Of a DNA stretch of 56,418 nucleotides, positions 39,201-48,291 are shown piece after piece. The position numbers and the translations under genes were made by a program. Position 1 is the first letter of the stretch, and each line of letters opens with the position of its first letter. Source of the DNA: a virus (Duplodnaviria; Caudoviricetes); the IMG/VR virus record IMGVR_UViG_3300049595_000896, positions 1-56,418 of that record. The stretch is one strand, 5' to 3'. Under the pieces are notes generated by a model. It worked only from the letters and a program-made list of their open reading frames with translations, was not told where the DNA came from and did no database searches.

Positions 39201-40930
39201 ACTTCAATTACGCCGCCAGCCCCACCGGATCTAGCCATTCCAAAACGAATGCGCCAATACGCACTGTTAGAACTAACAGCTGTGCAGGTATAAATAATGC
39301 CAAAATTAACTACACCATCTGCTTCTACAAACGGGCTTTTAATCGAAACCCGTGAACCATCGGGAGCAGATGTCCAATCAGAAGACGGATCGGTATGAAC
39401 AAAACTTGCGTTCATGCCGTTTATATAAAACGCACCTGTAAGTGTTCCTCCTCCGGTGGCATTAGAGAACACCTTGGCTGAAACGCGAGCGCGATACTTC
39501 CTGCCTACAACAGGTTGAAACACTGCCTTCGGTTGGAGGTAGCTATCGCCGGCAGACAAAGACACCCGAGCAACGCGCCCAACAGCAGCTACGTCGGTGT
39601 AGGTATACGCAGCAGGCGGATCTGCTACTGTTGTAGGAGACCCTCCAAACGCTGTAGTCCAGAACAACCCGTCCGCCACAAAATCAGAAACGGTATAGGC
39701 TACGCCGCCCTGCTTGGCATAATTTGCTGAAAGCGTGGCGCTTGAAGCAGCCGCTGCTCTGTATCCGTCAGCAAGAACTGAGGAATTATTTGCTGCGTCG
39801 GCAAAGCTTGATGCCGCATCCCTGTACCCCAGCGCGTCATTTCTATATATGAGCGCGTCGTCCCGGTACCCCTGCGCTGTGGTGGCAAACCCCTGAGAAG
39901 CTGTAGCAGACGCCCCTGCAGCACTCGCCGATGTAGCCGCCTGAGACGCTGATGTAGATGCCGCCGAAGCGCTCGACGAAGCTCCGCTGGCAGACCCGCT
40001 TGCCGCAAACTCACTTGCCGCCGCTGCTATAGCAGATATGTTTGCGGCAGACGCAGATCCTGCTGCGTTACTCGCCGACTGCGAAGACTGTGACGCAGAG
40101 GTTGAGGCAGAAGACGCCGACGCGCTTGCAGCGTTAGCAGACCCTAAAGCACCAGAAGCTGACCCGGCTGCGTTAAACGCACTCGACGCTGCGGTCGTAG
40201 CAGATATCTGAGCGGCAGACGCAGATCCTGCTGCGTTACTTGCCGACTGCGAAGACTGTGTGGCTGAAGTAGAAGCGTTTCCTGCAGATATACTTGCAGC
40301 GTTAGCAGACCCCAATGCGCTATCTGCCGAACCGGCAGCGCTAGATGCGCTGTTTGCCGCCGTACCAGAGGATATAGACGCAGCAGACGCAGACCCTGCT
40401 GCGTTACTCGCCGACTGCGAAGCTTGGTTTGCAAACGTACTAGCCTGCCCGGCGCTAGCAGACGCGGCCTGAAAACTTGACGCTGCATTTGTCTCAGATG
40501 TAAGCGCTGCTTGCGCAGAAGACCCCGCAGCGGTTGCGCTTGTACTTGCACTTGCGGCAGATCCTGCTGCTGCCTGCGCTGCTGCCTGCGCCGCTTCTAC
40601 GTTAGATGTTACGTCCACCTCGCCAATGGCGTCTTTGATGGACTTGGCTGTCACCCGCAGTTCTACTTTAGCGCCAACTGGAAACGCGATGGCAGTAGTA
40701 TCTTCCTGTGCCCGAACAACGCTGAGGTTGTCGTTCATTCGGTAAGTAACTTTAACAATTTCCATCGCGTCACCCTGCGTGGCAGAGGTCAGCGTGGCAT
40801 AGAAGTATTGAAGCGGTTCAAGAAACGGGAACTTAAGACCATCGTTCAGACGCAAACGAAGAACCGTGTCGCCAGCGCTTGCAGCAACAGCTAAGTACCC
40901 GACGACATTGTTCTTCAATACAATGGTCAT
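36266..40930 (-). CDS. Long tail fibre / host-specificity protein with Ala/Ser coiled coil, several CBM-like domains and a DUF1983/gpJ-like C-terminus
   Basis: ASYGVTVDANGRIA...F.ADTF.I...PF.V.GG.V.I..A; ends RLRVRMGIW. Confidence 0.85.
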   Translation of the reverse strand: MTIVLKNNVVGYLAVAASAGDTVLRLRLNDGLKFPFLEPLQYFYATLTSATQGDAMEIVKVTYRMNDNLSVVRAQEDTTAIAFPVGAKVELRVTAKSIKDAIGEVDVTSNVEAAQAAAQAAAGSAASASTSATAAGSSAQAALTSETNAASSFQAASASAGQASTFANQASQSASNAAGSASAASISSGTAANSASSAAGSADSALGSANAASISAGNASTSATQSSQSASNAAGSASAAQISATTAASSAFNAAGSASGALGSANAASASASSASTSASQSSQSASNAAGSASAANISAIAAAASEFAASGSASGASSSASAASTSASQAATSASAAGASATASQGFATTAQGYRDDALIYRNDALGYRDAASSFADAANNSSVLADGYRAAAASSATLSANYAKQGGVAYTVSDFVADGLFWTTAFGGSPTTVADPPAAYTYTDVAAVGRVARVSLSAGDSYLQPKAVFQPVVGRKYRARVSAKVFSNATGGGTLTGAFYINGMNASFVHTDPSSDWTSAPDGSRVSIKSPFVEADGVVNFGIIYTCTAVSSNSAYWRIRFGMARSGGAGGVIEVREFLIEEITDIATTNATITTLQQTVSDGDQANATSITNLSASFGTGLAFGANACPDSNFDNIDAVWTNLYTQSGSLASKSVVTSAGKRFLRRQNTGMTVGHQSNLGVGYTYATPCSVGQRLELSAYVSFTNCSSASLMADWYDASGNYITSSTVVNGMTNNARSGGFVTAPVLAERVALNVIAYASAATNEYQITEPYLRKVSSSQTALSPYERSVDPGTFAAITTEANARAAADSALTTTTTTLTARVAGSDLAINSNPTFTTYTNTTGVPDDWSTWEGGETGYRVAGIAPKVYAYRIAGTANLNRGLQQYVGGRVTQGWHVLEYDVTLNSGTFSGAGGHLNWGVDGLQGSVNMSFASDLDTTGAAPGNGVVGRLYKFRKLINVTTAGVNTSFIYAMAHWNGLGNIASANDITFHRVAIRPASQAEIEGRTALDLINTPGTGLQAQITNNATAIANETSARAAADTVLTARVDGADANGSLLKNPFFRIPFTSGTIPSGWYLWAATPPTIQHVAAPYGMAGNILYMTANAGANCGIAQTILGGISPGSKYKVGAQVARASGTLATAGIYIAWFTDAGVYISATNIPFVNTPRTDGTTGADPDRVVRYEKELTAPANAYRAEMILMNGWDGFGSVQAAGIYWFEAMFAPSTIAEAAIRTEAEARATADSANTSLITTLTARVNVNSNRFPHPQPLSTTLPSGWGGGIGVGNWEPLGGLFYYKARASGAAVTEWYYYDLEDSATAYIDTNQQYTLSATGYGGTGVSGDRTMMRIELFNSSGTLIHASPYVLLNSYGPRFSTTTSLTSGGEYVRRRVVFQREWAASGSYQDVVFNYIKLERGSVATAYTTEGSSNSLQAGVTTNASAIATVDGKLTASYGVTVDANGRIASMKLLSNGTTSSVKFTADTFQIFNGSTDVAPFEVTGGNVKIKSANVGTLNIGSGGITIQSGTSGARIVISNSVVEVYDATRLRVRMGIW
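39950..40500. repeat. 168-bp (56-aa, 8-heptad) imperfect tandem repeat in the fibre stalk
   Basis: GC(G/A)GCAGACGCAGA(T/C)CCTGCTGCGTTACT at 40044, 40212 and 40380. Confidence 0.88.
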
Positions 40931-40937
40931 GGCGACC

Positions 40938-41264
40938 CTAGAGCAACAAGAAGTTCAGGTCGTCTACAATGCTCTGCAAGTTTTGAACTGTTACACGAAG
41001 CGCAATCTGACTATTGCGAGGAAACAAAAGCGCTAGTGTTCCTTCTTGCGCCCGTACAACAGTCAGCACATCGCCTGATCTGGCGGTAACTTTTACAACT
41101 TCATAATCATTTTCTACACTTGCAATTGTAGCATAAAAATAATCGCCTGCTGTAAGAGACGGGAACACACTTCCGGTGTTGGCTGCTACAGTTATCTCTG
41201 TAGCAGAGGATTCAACTACGTTTGGTATAGTCGTAGAGGCATTATTCTTAAGCTTAACGACCAT
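40938..41264 (-). CDS. Fibre-anchor-domain protein; paralog of the N-terminus of 36266..40930
   Basis: Shared LKNN, FP.L....YFYAT, E.VKVT.R, L.VVRAQE.T, LRVT. Confidence 0.85.
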   Translation of the reverse strand: MVVKLKNNASTTIPNVVESSATEITVAANTGSVFPSLTAGDYFYATIASVENDYEVVKVTARSGDVLTVVRAQEGTLALLFPRNSQIALRVTVQNLQSIVDDLNFLLL

Positions 41265-41271
41265 GTGTCAC

Positions 41272-42039
41272 CTAAAACGGTTGCATTCTTGCGGCCATAG
41301 ACCCGCGAACATTCCCCATATTCGACCGCGCTCTTCGCTCAGACAAATGGAAGCTATACTGTCTGGCATGATACGACGCCAAGTCTCTATCCATCCAAGG
41401 CACGTTAGGGAGAACTAGCAAGTGCTGAAGTGCGCCGTGAACAATAACATCCTCAAGTTCGTTGAAGGCGACTTCGTCCATACCCGTAGCGGTGCGTTTT
41501 GGCTTTAGTGCATAGAACATACGCACGCTATATCGTTCATCGCCATTAGGTAGCGGCAACACGATGTACTTATCTGGCGTAACCTGACAAATTGTGTCTG
41601 GAGTTCCTGACTTCGCCACAATCTCAGGTGGCAAAACAAACCCTGAGTTCTCGTTAAAAAGCGCTTCGTTATACTCAAAAGAGTTAAACGTGCCCGGGGG
41701 CGTCAAGCTCCAGACTACGCTGGGGTCTTCCCCGCTATAAAGGTCCGCCCACTCAGGATGTGCTTGCAGCGCTTGCTCAAGGGTACGTTGCTTAAGCGGC
41801 TTATCATTCATCAATACACCAAAGACTGCGTGCACATCCGCAGTAACTGGTTTGTAGTAAGTGTATTCGTGAACCCCGGGAAGAAGAAAAAACTTAGGTT
41901 GTTCATAACGCCATGCGAGCGTTCTCTCGCATACTCGTATAGCAGCGTCTCTTATATATTCCAAAAGTGTTTGTTGCGGGCAGCCGGGCACGCTCGTATT
42001 TACTTTTGGGACTAGCGAAAGGAACGTGCGGTCTACCAT
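41272..42039 (-). CDS. Putative tail adaptor/tubular protein
   Basis: VPGCP...IRDAAI..CERT..W; HGAL..L...P...W. Confidence 0.65.
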   Translation of the reverse strand: MVDRTFLSLVPKVNTSVPGCPQQTLLEYIRDAAIRVCERTLAWRYEQPKFFLLPGVHEYTYYKPVTADVHAVFGVLMNDKPLKQRTLEQALQAHPEWADLYSGEDPSVVWSLTPPGTFNSFEYNEALFNENSGFVLPPEIVAKSGTPDTICQVTPDKYIVLPLPNGDERYSVRMFYALKPKRTATGMDEVAFNELEDVIVHGALQHLLVLPNVPWMDRDLASYHARQYSFHLSERRARSNMGNVRGSMAARMQPF

Positions 42040-42041
42040 TT

Positions 42042-42674
42042 TTACACCTGAACTGCGCCGCTCTCAACATCAGAAATAACGCGGGACCCAAGAGAAGCCC
42101 CCATACTTTCAATAAATGCGTTGTAAAATAGCTTAGCACGTTCACTGTTTACGTGTTCGTTATCCACTGATTCGGCTAGGTAAACTGTTCCGTCAACTAC
42201 TATAGGGAAAAACGAATCAGGTATAAGGGTAATTGTTTGGTTTATTGTGTATGTCTGTGGGGCTTGTACGTATTCGCCAACAAGAGTTATACCTGCAGCC
42301 GGTCTCGGATAAAGAAAATACCGCGTAGGATTACGTTGATGGCGCATGAAATTTACAGGCGTTCCAGCGGCTTCGGACACCCACCCCGGATACATCTGGT
42401 CCAGAGTTTCACGATTGGCCTCGGTAACCGCGTTGCCGTTAGTAACTTGAAATATCTCTACTAATCGAACAGCATCCGCTGGGAGAGACTGCAATACACT
42501 TCCGGCTGTAGTTGAAATTGTTCCTATGTAAGAAAACGCATCAGGTCGAAACGTAACAATCTTCTTGAGAGTTTGGTTAACAAACCCCAACAGAACAGTA
42601 TCGCTATACCGGTACGGCAGGCGCGTATCCTGAATGATGTTACGTACTTCGCCTATAACTTCTGCGGGTGTCAC
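42042..42674 (-). CDS. Putative head-tail adaptor (DUF6682-like)
   Basis: QD....RYSD..LL.FVN......RPD; F.YP.P. Confidence 0.65.
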   Translation of the reverse strand: MTPAEVIGEVRNIIQDTRLPYRYSDTVLLGFVNQTLKKIVTFRPDAFSYIGTISTTAGSVLQSLPADAVRLVEIFQVTNGNAVTEANRETLDQMYPGWVSEAAGTPVNFMRHQRNPTRYFLYPRPAAGITLVGEYVQAPQTYTINQTITLIPDSFFPIVVDGTVYLAESVDNEHVNSERAKLFYNAFIESMGASLGSRVISDVESGAVQV

Positions 42675-42925
42675 TTAGGCCATCCTCTTGCGGCAGCAGC
42701 CGCCAGTTCCGGAGGCGTCTCAGGTCCTTCGGGCTCTGGCGTAGACAGTTCAATAGGCTTTCGACCTTTGCGTTTTGTGACCGCGACCTCAAGAATTGCC
42801 GGCGGAATAAAACGCTCTGGATAGGCTTCCTGCTCTGTAACCTCATAGCACAGAGGGTTATTGGCTAGGATTGGGTCCCACTCAAAGATCCACCCATCTT
42901 TGCGGCTTTTAAGATATCTGGTCAC
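42671..42925 (-). CDS. Hypothetical protein
   Basis: Coupled ORF. Confidence 0.65.
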   Translation of the reverse strand: MTRYLKSRKDGWIFEWDPILANNPLCYEVTEQEAYPERFIPPAILEVAVTKRKGRKPIELSTPEPEGPETPPELAAAAARGWPK

Positions 42926-43095
42926 CTTCTGGGTCCTTTTTTACTGTCTGCTTCGCTTAGTGCAATAGCAATTGCTTGTTTGCGGCTAGTTACAACCGGA
43001 GCTTTTTTTGGTCCCTTTGGGTCAACCCCGCCGTGCAAAGTACCAGCTTTGAACTCCCGCATAACCTTTGCTATTTTCTTCTGTCGTTTGTCCAT
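42922..43095 (-). CDS. Small basic protein (DUF6496-like)
   Basis: KIAKVMREFKAGTLH....V.SRKQAIAIALSEA. Confidence 0.8.
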   Translation of the reverse strand: MDKRQKKIAKVMREFKAGTLHGGVDPKGPKKAPVVTSRKQAIAIALSEADSKKGPRR

Positions 43096-43096
43096 A

Positions 43097-43330
43097 TTAT
43101 TTTCTCTTGCCGCTTGGGGATACCGGCCATGATTGACGACTTGGTCCTGTTTTTCTACGCGCCATCGCTCGTTTTTCTTCCGCAGACAGTCTTGCGGCTG
43201 CAGCCTTGGGTCGGCAGGCGGGGTATGCACGCGAAGATTTCTCGGACCCGGAGCGCCCGCACTCCTTACCGGTCTTCACATCGACCCATTCCTCGCCGAA
43301 CCACTTACCAAGACCGCCTTTAGTTGCCAC
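43097..43330 (-). CDS. Small basic protein (DUF5872-like C-terminal half)
   Basis: GL.KWF.E.WVD..TGK.CGR....YP.CRP. Confidence 0.7.
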   Translation of the reverse strand: MATKGGLGKWFGEEWVDVKTGKECGRSGSEKSSRAYPACRPKAAAARLSAEEKRAMARRKTGPSRQSWPVSPSGKRK

Positions 43331-43496
43331 GTTTTGCTACCCTGTTATCGGCCCCTGACCAAGTGCCACCGCGCTTCTTGTACTCTTTCGCCGCCCATGC
43401 GTTGGCGTAGGCAGACGGAAACACGTCGAACTTACGTCTGGCTTCTGCCTGTACTCTCGACCATAACGCCTTATCGTTGGGTATGGACTTACTCAT
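43320..43496 (-). CDS. 58-aa basic protein (DUF5872-like N-terminal half); not in the ORF track
   Basis: MSKSIPNDKALWSRVQAEARRKFDVFPSAYANAWAAKEYKKRGGTW. Confidence 0.75.
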   Translation of the reverse strand: MSKSIPNDKALWSRVQAEARRKFDVFPSAYANAWAAKEYKKRGGTWSGADNRVAKRGN

Positions 43497-43503
43497 ACTA
43501 TGT

Positions 43504-43779
43504 TTACCACTTAACTTTATCGGCCCAGTACGCGGCGCTTGACGGTCCCTTGGCTATGTTCCTCGAATGCCGGGCCTTGAACGACTCCCGTTTTTTCTTC
43601 ATGCGGTCAGATTCGCCGGCCTTGGGTTTTCCCGCAGTCTCTGCTCCCTGCTCGCCAAAACGTATAACACGCTCCTTGCCATCATAACAGGCTTTGACGA
43701 CGTGCGATTTAGTAGGGTGGCCGGGGGTTCTTCTAGGCTTGTTGCAAGCCATGCTTCCCTTGTCTACTCTGTTGGCCAT
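43504..43779 (-). CDS. Small basic conserved phage protein
   Basis: NKPRRTPGHPTKSHVV...IRFG.QG...SFKARH...SAAYWA.K.KW. Confidence 0.8.
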   Translation of the reverse strand: MANRVDKGSMACNKPRRTPGHPTKSHVVKACYDGKERVIRFGEQGAETAGKPKAGESDRMKKKRESFKARHSRNIAKGPSSAAYWADKVKW

Positions 43780-44810
43780 TAGGCTATAACTCCTTTAATC
43801 ACCGCAAACGAAAGTACAGGGCTTTCAGATCCTATAGAGTTATTATCCATATTGCCGACCGATATAATACACGATCCGGCAGTCACTTCTACAACTTGCG
43901 TATGATAATACTTGCGCGTGCCCGCTGCGGCTCCGGATTTTATACATACCACAACTATGTCATTCGCACCGATGGTGCTGTTAGTCAAAACAAACTCATC
44001 TGCTTCGTGGCCAGATATGCCTGAAGCAACCAAAGTAATCTGGCCGCATATCTTGTTAAGCGTAACGCCCGTTGTGCGACTTGTAAGTTGCGTAACTGTC
44101 CCACCTGCGCCGGTAGTATAACCTAAATTTTGAGTAGCCAAAACGTCGGTGCCGGTCACGGATGCTGGAGTAGAAGCTCCTAATGTAGTACCGTTTATAC
44201 TCCCGCCTGTAAAAGCTACTTTAGTTGAAACAATGCTTCCTGTGCCTTTTGGCGACAGCACGATATCGACGTTTGTATCAGATCCCCCAGCCGAGATTCC
44301 GTTGGTCGTAATCGTAAGGTTGGTAGCTGCATTAGAAGTCGCGAACGACGTAGACCCTATAAGCGTGAGCCCGGTAAATGATCCGGTGAACGTCACGCCG
44401 GAAATAGACCCTCCGGTAATGGCTATGTTATTGGCGTCTTGCGTGGATATTGTACCAAGCCCGAGATTGGTCCTTGCCCCTGAAGCGGTCGAAGCGCCCG
44501 TACCTCCATCCAGAATAGCAAGGTCAGTGATACCGCTTATCGTGCCTGCCGAGATAGCAACCTTTGATATAACTACAGAACCGGTACCATTTGGCGTCAG
44601 TGTCAGATTGCCGTCTGTGTCGAGGATGGAAATGGTGTTCCCGTCGAGCCGCATATTATCGACTTCAATATGCGTCGTAGCGACTTTAAGCGCCGTGCCC
44701 GTCCCGGTGCCGCTGTAAACAACTTTTGCAGACGTTGTAGGTCCTGCATCAATATGCAAAAGTTGGTTATAAGAAGACGCAATCGTAGAACCTGTAAGGT
44801 TAACCGCCAT
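43779..44810 (-). CDS. Thr/Gly-rich virion fibre/decoration protein
   Basis: DGGTGASTA..AR.NLGLG; I.GG.I.G repeats; TQ.TSRTTGVTLN head domain. Confidence 0.75.
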   Translation of the reverse strand: MAVNLTGSTIASSYNQLLHIDAGPTTSAKVVYSGTGTGTALKVATTHIEVDNMRLDGNTISILDTDGNLTLTPNGTGSVVISKVAISAGTISGITDLAILDGGTGASTASGARTNLGLGTISTQDANNIAITGGSISGVTFTGSFTGLTLIGSTSFATSNAATNLTITTNGISAGGSDTNVDIVLSPKGTGSIVSTKVAFTGGSINGTTLGASTPASVTGTDVLATQNLGYTTGAGGTVTQLTSRTTGVTLNKICGQITLVASGISGHEADEFVLTNSTIGANDIVVVCIKSGAAAGTRKYYHTQVVEVTAGSCIISVGNMDNNSIGSESPVLSFAVIKGVIA

Positions 44811-44821
44811 CTGTCAGGTCC

Positions 44822-45178
44822 TTATTTAGCCGCCCAGCCCGTATTACCAGCGCCGCTTTCTTTTACATAAAGAGTTGTATTCGCCCCGCCGTCAGTTCTG
44901 AGAAACAGCGTACCAACCGAAGCAGTCACTGCACCCTCTGGCGTGCCGGACCCCCAGCGAATGCGCCCTGCGAGCGCATCTACAGCTGTTGGAATTGTTG
45001 TAGCTGATATGCTGCCAGTAGGGGTATACGGCAGATCTCCTACCAAACCTGTAGCAAGTTGAGAGCGTGAAATGCGTTTAGTCGTATTTGCACTTGTGTC
45101 AAAGATAACCAAGTCGTCGTCGTTAGCGGTATTTGCCCCGCTAACTGCCGTCAATTGCGGTATACGACTTCCCGGCAT
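44822..45178 (-). CDS. Virion fibre-like protein
   Basis: GSGTPEGAVTA.VG..FLRTDGG..TTLYVKESG.GNTGW. Confidence 0.7.
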   Translation of the reverse strand: MPGSRIPQLTAVSGANTANDDDLVIFDTSANTTKRISRSQLATGLVGDLPYTPTGSISATTIPTAVDALAGRIRWGSGTPEGAVTASVGTLFLRTDGGANTTLYVKESGAGNTGWAAK

Positions 45179-45195
45179 TTCACGCTCCTAACCTA

Positions 45196-45597
45196 TTAGC
45201 TGGCCATAATAACCCAGTTCGTGCCGTCAGACACGAGCAGAGCCCAGTTACCAGCAGTGTTGGTAACAATAGCCGTACCTGCAGTGTTGGAGTTAGCAGG
45301 GACAACGTTAGACGAAGCAGAGTTAACCGCCTGCGCCTGAATGGTCTTAATGACCAGAATACGCCCCGTCCATGACGCCGCAGCCGGAAGCGTGACGGTG
45401 CACGCCGATCCGGATTTGTTGTTGACAAGGAAAGTTTCCGTATCAGCAACAGTGAAATCTGCCGTCTTTACGACCGGAGCAGTCGACTCAAGAGCGCCGT
45501 TAAACTGCGTAACCCCGCTAACAGTAAGCGAATTAAATGTCGCGGTACCGCTAGTAATCGTTACGTTGTCTTGGGCGATGCCTGTATAGACACCCAT
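45196..45597 (-). CDS. Virion decoration-like protein
   Basis: VTLP.AA...GR....K; LVSDGTNW. Confidence 0.7.
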   Translation of the reverse strand: MGVYTGIAQDNVTITSGTATFNSLTVSGVTQFNGALESTAPVVKTADFTVADTETFLVNNKSGSACTVTLPAAASWTGRILVIKTIQAQAVNSASSNVVPANSNTAGTAIVTNTAGNWALLVSDGTNWVIMAS

Positions 45598-45608
45598 GAA
45601 ACTACTCC

Positions 45609-46064
45609 TTAAGCGTTAGTGTTAACGACCACTGCAAACGCTTCCACAACACAATCGGTCGGGACCGCAGTGTTAATAAGAAGGTCGATGGTGTCAGCCG
45701 AGGCGACAACCGAAGGATTGGCGAGGTCCGCCGCCTTCAGTCCGAGCGAGTTCGACGCGGCATCGTTGGCATAAGCGTTAGCCGCGTACGGCGTGCCGCC
45801 AGTGAAGCCGAGGTCAAACGTAGCCGTCGTATTAGTCGACTCGACCTTGGTTACAACAAGACCAGCCGAGAGCACGACGGACCCAGCAGGAAGAGAAATA
45901 ACCTGCAGCGTGTCCGCAGCAGCAAGCGCCGTAGCGCCAGCCGCCGTACGTGCGGCGACGATCTTGGCGAAGTCAAGCTCAACAGTGAACTTGGAAATGC
46001 CGTGACCGTCCGGGTACGCAGCCGAGCCTTTGTTGAAGCCCAGCGAATCAGTATAAGCAGCCAT
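45609..46064 (-). CDS. Capsid cement/decoration protein
   Basis: Immediately after the major capsid gene; beta-rich; GAAAGG RBS. Confidence 0.7.
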   Translation of the reverse strand: MAAYTDSLGFNKGSAAYPDGHGISKFTVELDFAKIVAARTAAGATALAAADTLQVISLPAGSVVLSAGLVVTKVESTNTTATFDLGFTGGTPYAANAYANDAASNSLGLKAADLANPSVVASADTIDLLINTAVPTDCVVEAFAVVVNTNA

Positions 46065-46102
46065 ATCAGTATCCTTTCAAATCTGAAGCTACAACGCGAT
46101 GC

Positions 46103-47032
46103 TTACGACAGAGTGACGACCGCTTGAGCGAGCGCTTCACCCTTGACAACTTTGTAGCCGTAAACCTGAAGGCCACGAACGATATTGCCGAAGGTAGATT
46201 CCGAACGGATGGTCTCCATCTCCGTCATCTGAGATGCGAAGGTAAAGCCCATTTTGTGTCCGGCAATAAGATTAAACTTACCGCCAGTATCGACTTTCAG
46301 ATTGTGGGATACGTAGAGCGTAAACCGATCAATCATACCAAGTCGGCCATTGCGGAGCGGAGTGACCCCGTCGCCGCTGAGCGATGCATCCTTGAGTTCC
46401 GACTTCTTGATAAGACCAGCCATCTTGGCCGGGATAACAAGGAAGCGGCCCGTCTCCGGAGCGTTGGCTTCGTCAAGAACCGTGCCCATATCGACGATAA
46501 GATCGACGACCGGGACCGTACCACCGGCTCCATCCTTGGTCACAGCACGCGGCGAAGCCGTGGTGCCGAGGTTAAAGGAGGCCGTCTGCTCACCCGCCGT
46601 CGCGCCCTTGTTGGTAGCAGCGATATCCGGCAGGAGGTCCGTCAGAACGCGCTGGTCGATCTTGATCTTAAGACGCTCAGAGGCGTCCTTGGACCAAGTG
46701 TCCATCAGCTTGATATCCGACTGGATGCGATCAACATCGTCTTCGACGCAGGCAAAGTACTCGCCTTTGTCAATGACAAGCTGGATCTTCGGCTTGTCGG
46801 GGTTCTCAACCGTCAGCGTCTGCCCTTTGACGTAATCACGGATCGTGATTTCCGGCGTCGTGCGGATGTTGACGGTGTCGCCCATGCGGCGAATCTCGCC
46901 CTCATAGTCGGTGTTTGAAATAGCCGAGAGGACGGTAGCGTCGTAGAAGTTTTCAATAAGTTTGCCAGACCAGATCTCGGGGATAAAATTACCCGAATAA
47001 TTGGGCCGACCGGGGGAAACTGGATATGCCAT
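46103..47032 (-). CDS. Major capsid protein
   Basis: FIPEIWSGKL..F....V...ISNTDYEGEI...GDTV.I; RGLQVYGYKVV; strong RBS. Confidence 0.92.
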   Translation of the reverse strand: MAYPVSPGRPNYSGNFIPEIWSGKLIENFYDATVLSAISNTDYEGEIRRMGDTVNIRTTPEITIRDYVKGQTLTVENPDKPKIQLVIDKGEYFACVEDDVDRIQSDIKLMDTWSKDASERLKIKIDQRVLTDLLPDIAATNKGATAGEQTASFNLGTTASPRAVTKDGAGGTVPVVDLIVDMGTVLDEANAPETGRFLVIPAKMAGLIKKSELKDASLSGDGVTPLRNGRLGMIDRFTLYVSHNLKVDTGGKFNLIAGHKMGFTFASQMTEMETIRSESTFGNIVRGLQVYGYKVVKGEALAQAVVTLS

Positions 47033-47052
47033 TTTTCAACTCCTTGATCTAA

Positions 47053-48033
47053 TTAAGCAGCGACAATGCGACCTTCCCGCTGTGCAGCGAAGATGTCGCG
47101 TTCGATTCGGTCGCGTTCCTGCTCCTTGCCCCTGTACTTTCCAGACTTAACATCATTGAAAAACCTTCTGATGTCTTCTGTAGAGTATGTGGCGCTGTTA
47201 GTATTTACAGGCGCTGCCGTCTTTCCTCTTCCGGGAGCAACCTGTTTTTCCAACTGAGAAGCCTGAACCTTCCGATTGGGTTGAGCAACTGACGACTCTG
47301 AAGTACCAGACCAACTATTAAAGAAGTTAGCTACACGGCGGGCATCCAGATTACGCTGTGCGTCTTCAAGATAGACCTGACGTGTAAGCCCTGTAAGCGG
47401 ATCTACTTCCAGCAACCATTCCCTGAAATCAGGACTTTCGTTGATAGTAGCCCACTGGGGCGCATACGAAGTCAATTCCGTCCAGAACTGCTGTTCGCGA
47501 GACTGAGCGTGATTAGCGGCAATCTGCTCCACACGTGGGACCACGGAGGTTTGCATCTGCCGTATAAGCTTCTCAAGTTCTGCGATACGGGCCTGCGCTG
47601 CAGCCGCTTCTTCCCTACTTACCCGACGCATAACGTCGATTGACTCGCCATACTCCTCGATATCTTTGTCAGTAATAAGCTTACTGGGTGATTCGGGAGC
47701 CGGCTGCTGCGTAGAAAAAGAAGCCATCAGCTGCTCAAGGTTAGAAATTTTGGCTTGCAACTCTTTATTTTGAGCGTGCAAACGTGGAACTTCTGCGTTG
47801 TACATCCCTTGCAGTGTACGGTATTTTTGTTCGAATGACTCTCCTTGTTGGGTGCCTGCCCGAGTTTGCTCGTTTTGGACAGGCTGTTTTGCAGTTTCCG
47901 TCACACTGTCGGCTTCAGGAGTTGCCTCTTCCGAAGATGCAGCCTGAGTCTCCTCTGGCGTCTCTTGGTTAAGTTCCAAATACAACTGCTGTACAGCCTC
48001 AGACTGTTTGCGAACCTGCTCTGGTAGTGCCAC
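47053..48033 (-). CDS. Capsid scaffolding protein
   Basis: Acidic, coiled coil, lies between portal and major capsid; C-terminal AA.REGRI. Confidence 0.8.
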   Translation of the reverse strand: MALPEQVRKQSEAVQQLYLELNQETPEETQAASSEEATPEADSVTETAKQPVQNEQTRAGTQQGESFEQKYRTLQGMYNAEVPRLHAQNKELQAKISNLEQLMASFSTQQPAPESPSKLITDKDIEEYGESIDVMRRVSREEAAAAQARIAELEKLIRQMQTSVVPRVEQIAANHAQSREQQFWTELTSYAPQWATINESPDFREWLLEVDPLTGLTRQVYLEDAQRNLDARRVANFFNSWSGTSESSVAQPNRKVQASQLEKQVAPGRGKTAAPVNTNSATYSTEDIRRFFNDVKSGKYRGKEQERDRIERDIFAAQREGRIVAA

Positions 48034-48060
48034 GTTGAACGCTCCTATCGGTGTGCGTAA

Positions 48061-48291
48061 TTAAACGGCTGCCTGTTTTGGCTTTGCCGCAAGATCAGGG
48101 GCATCTTTTGCGAGACGTGTAATCTCGCTTAAAACTTGACAGCGCCCCTGTGCAACTGTCACGTTTTGTCCACTATATGGTAAAGCTTCTAATTCTAAAA
48201 GCCTCCACTCGTTTAACCATGTAAACAATTGTGGATACTGCAATGTTGCAGCAGCCAATGCTTTTACAACGTCTGGGTCTGGGCGTTTCAT
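48061..48291 (-). CDS. Small conserved protein after the portal
   Basis: AQGR...L motif; coupled to the portal gene. Confidence 0.7.
   Translation of the reverse strand: MKRPDPDVVKALAAATLQYPQLFTWLNEWRLLELEALPYSGQNVTVAQGRCQVLSEITRLAKDAPDLAAKPKQAAV

Noticed and set aside
36266-40930. Diversity-generating retroelement target
   Set aside because: No reverse transcriptase and no TR/VR pair with adenine-specific mismatches was seen
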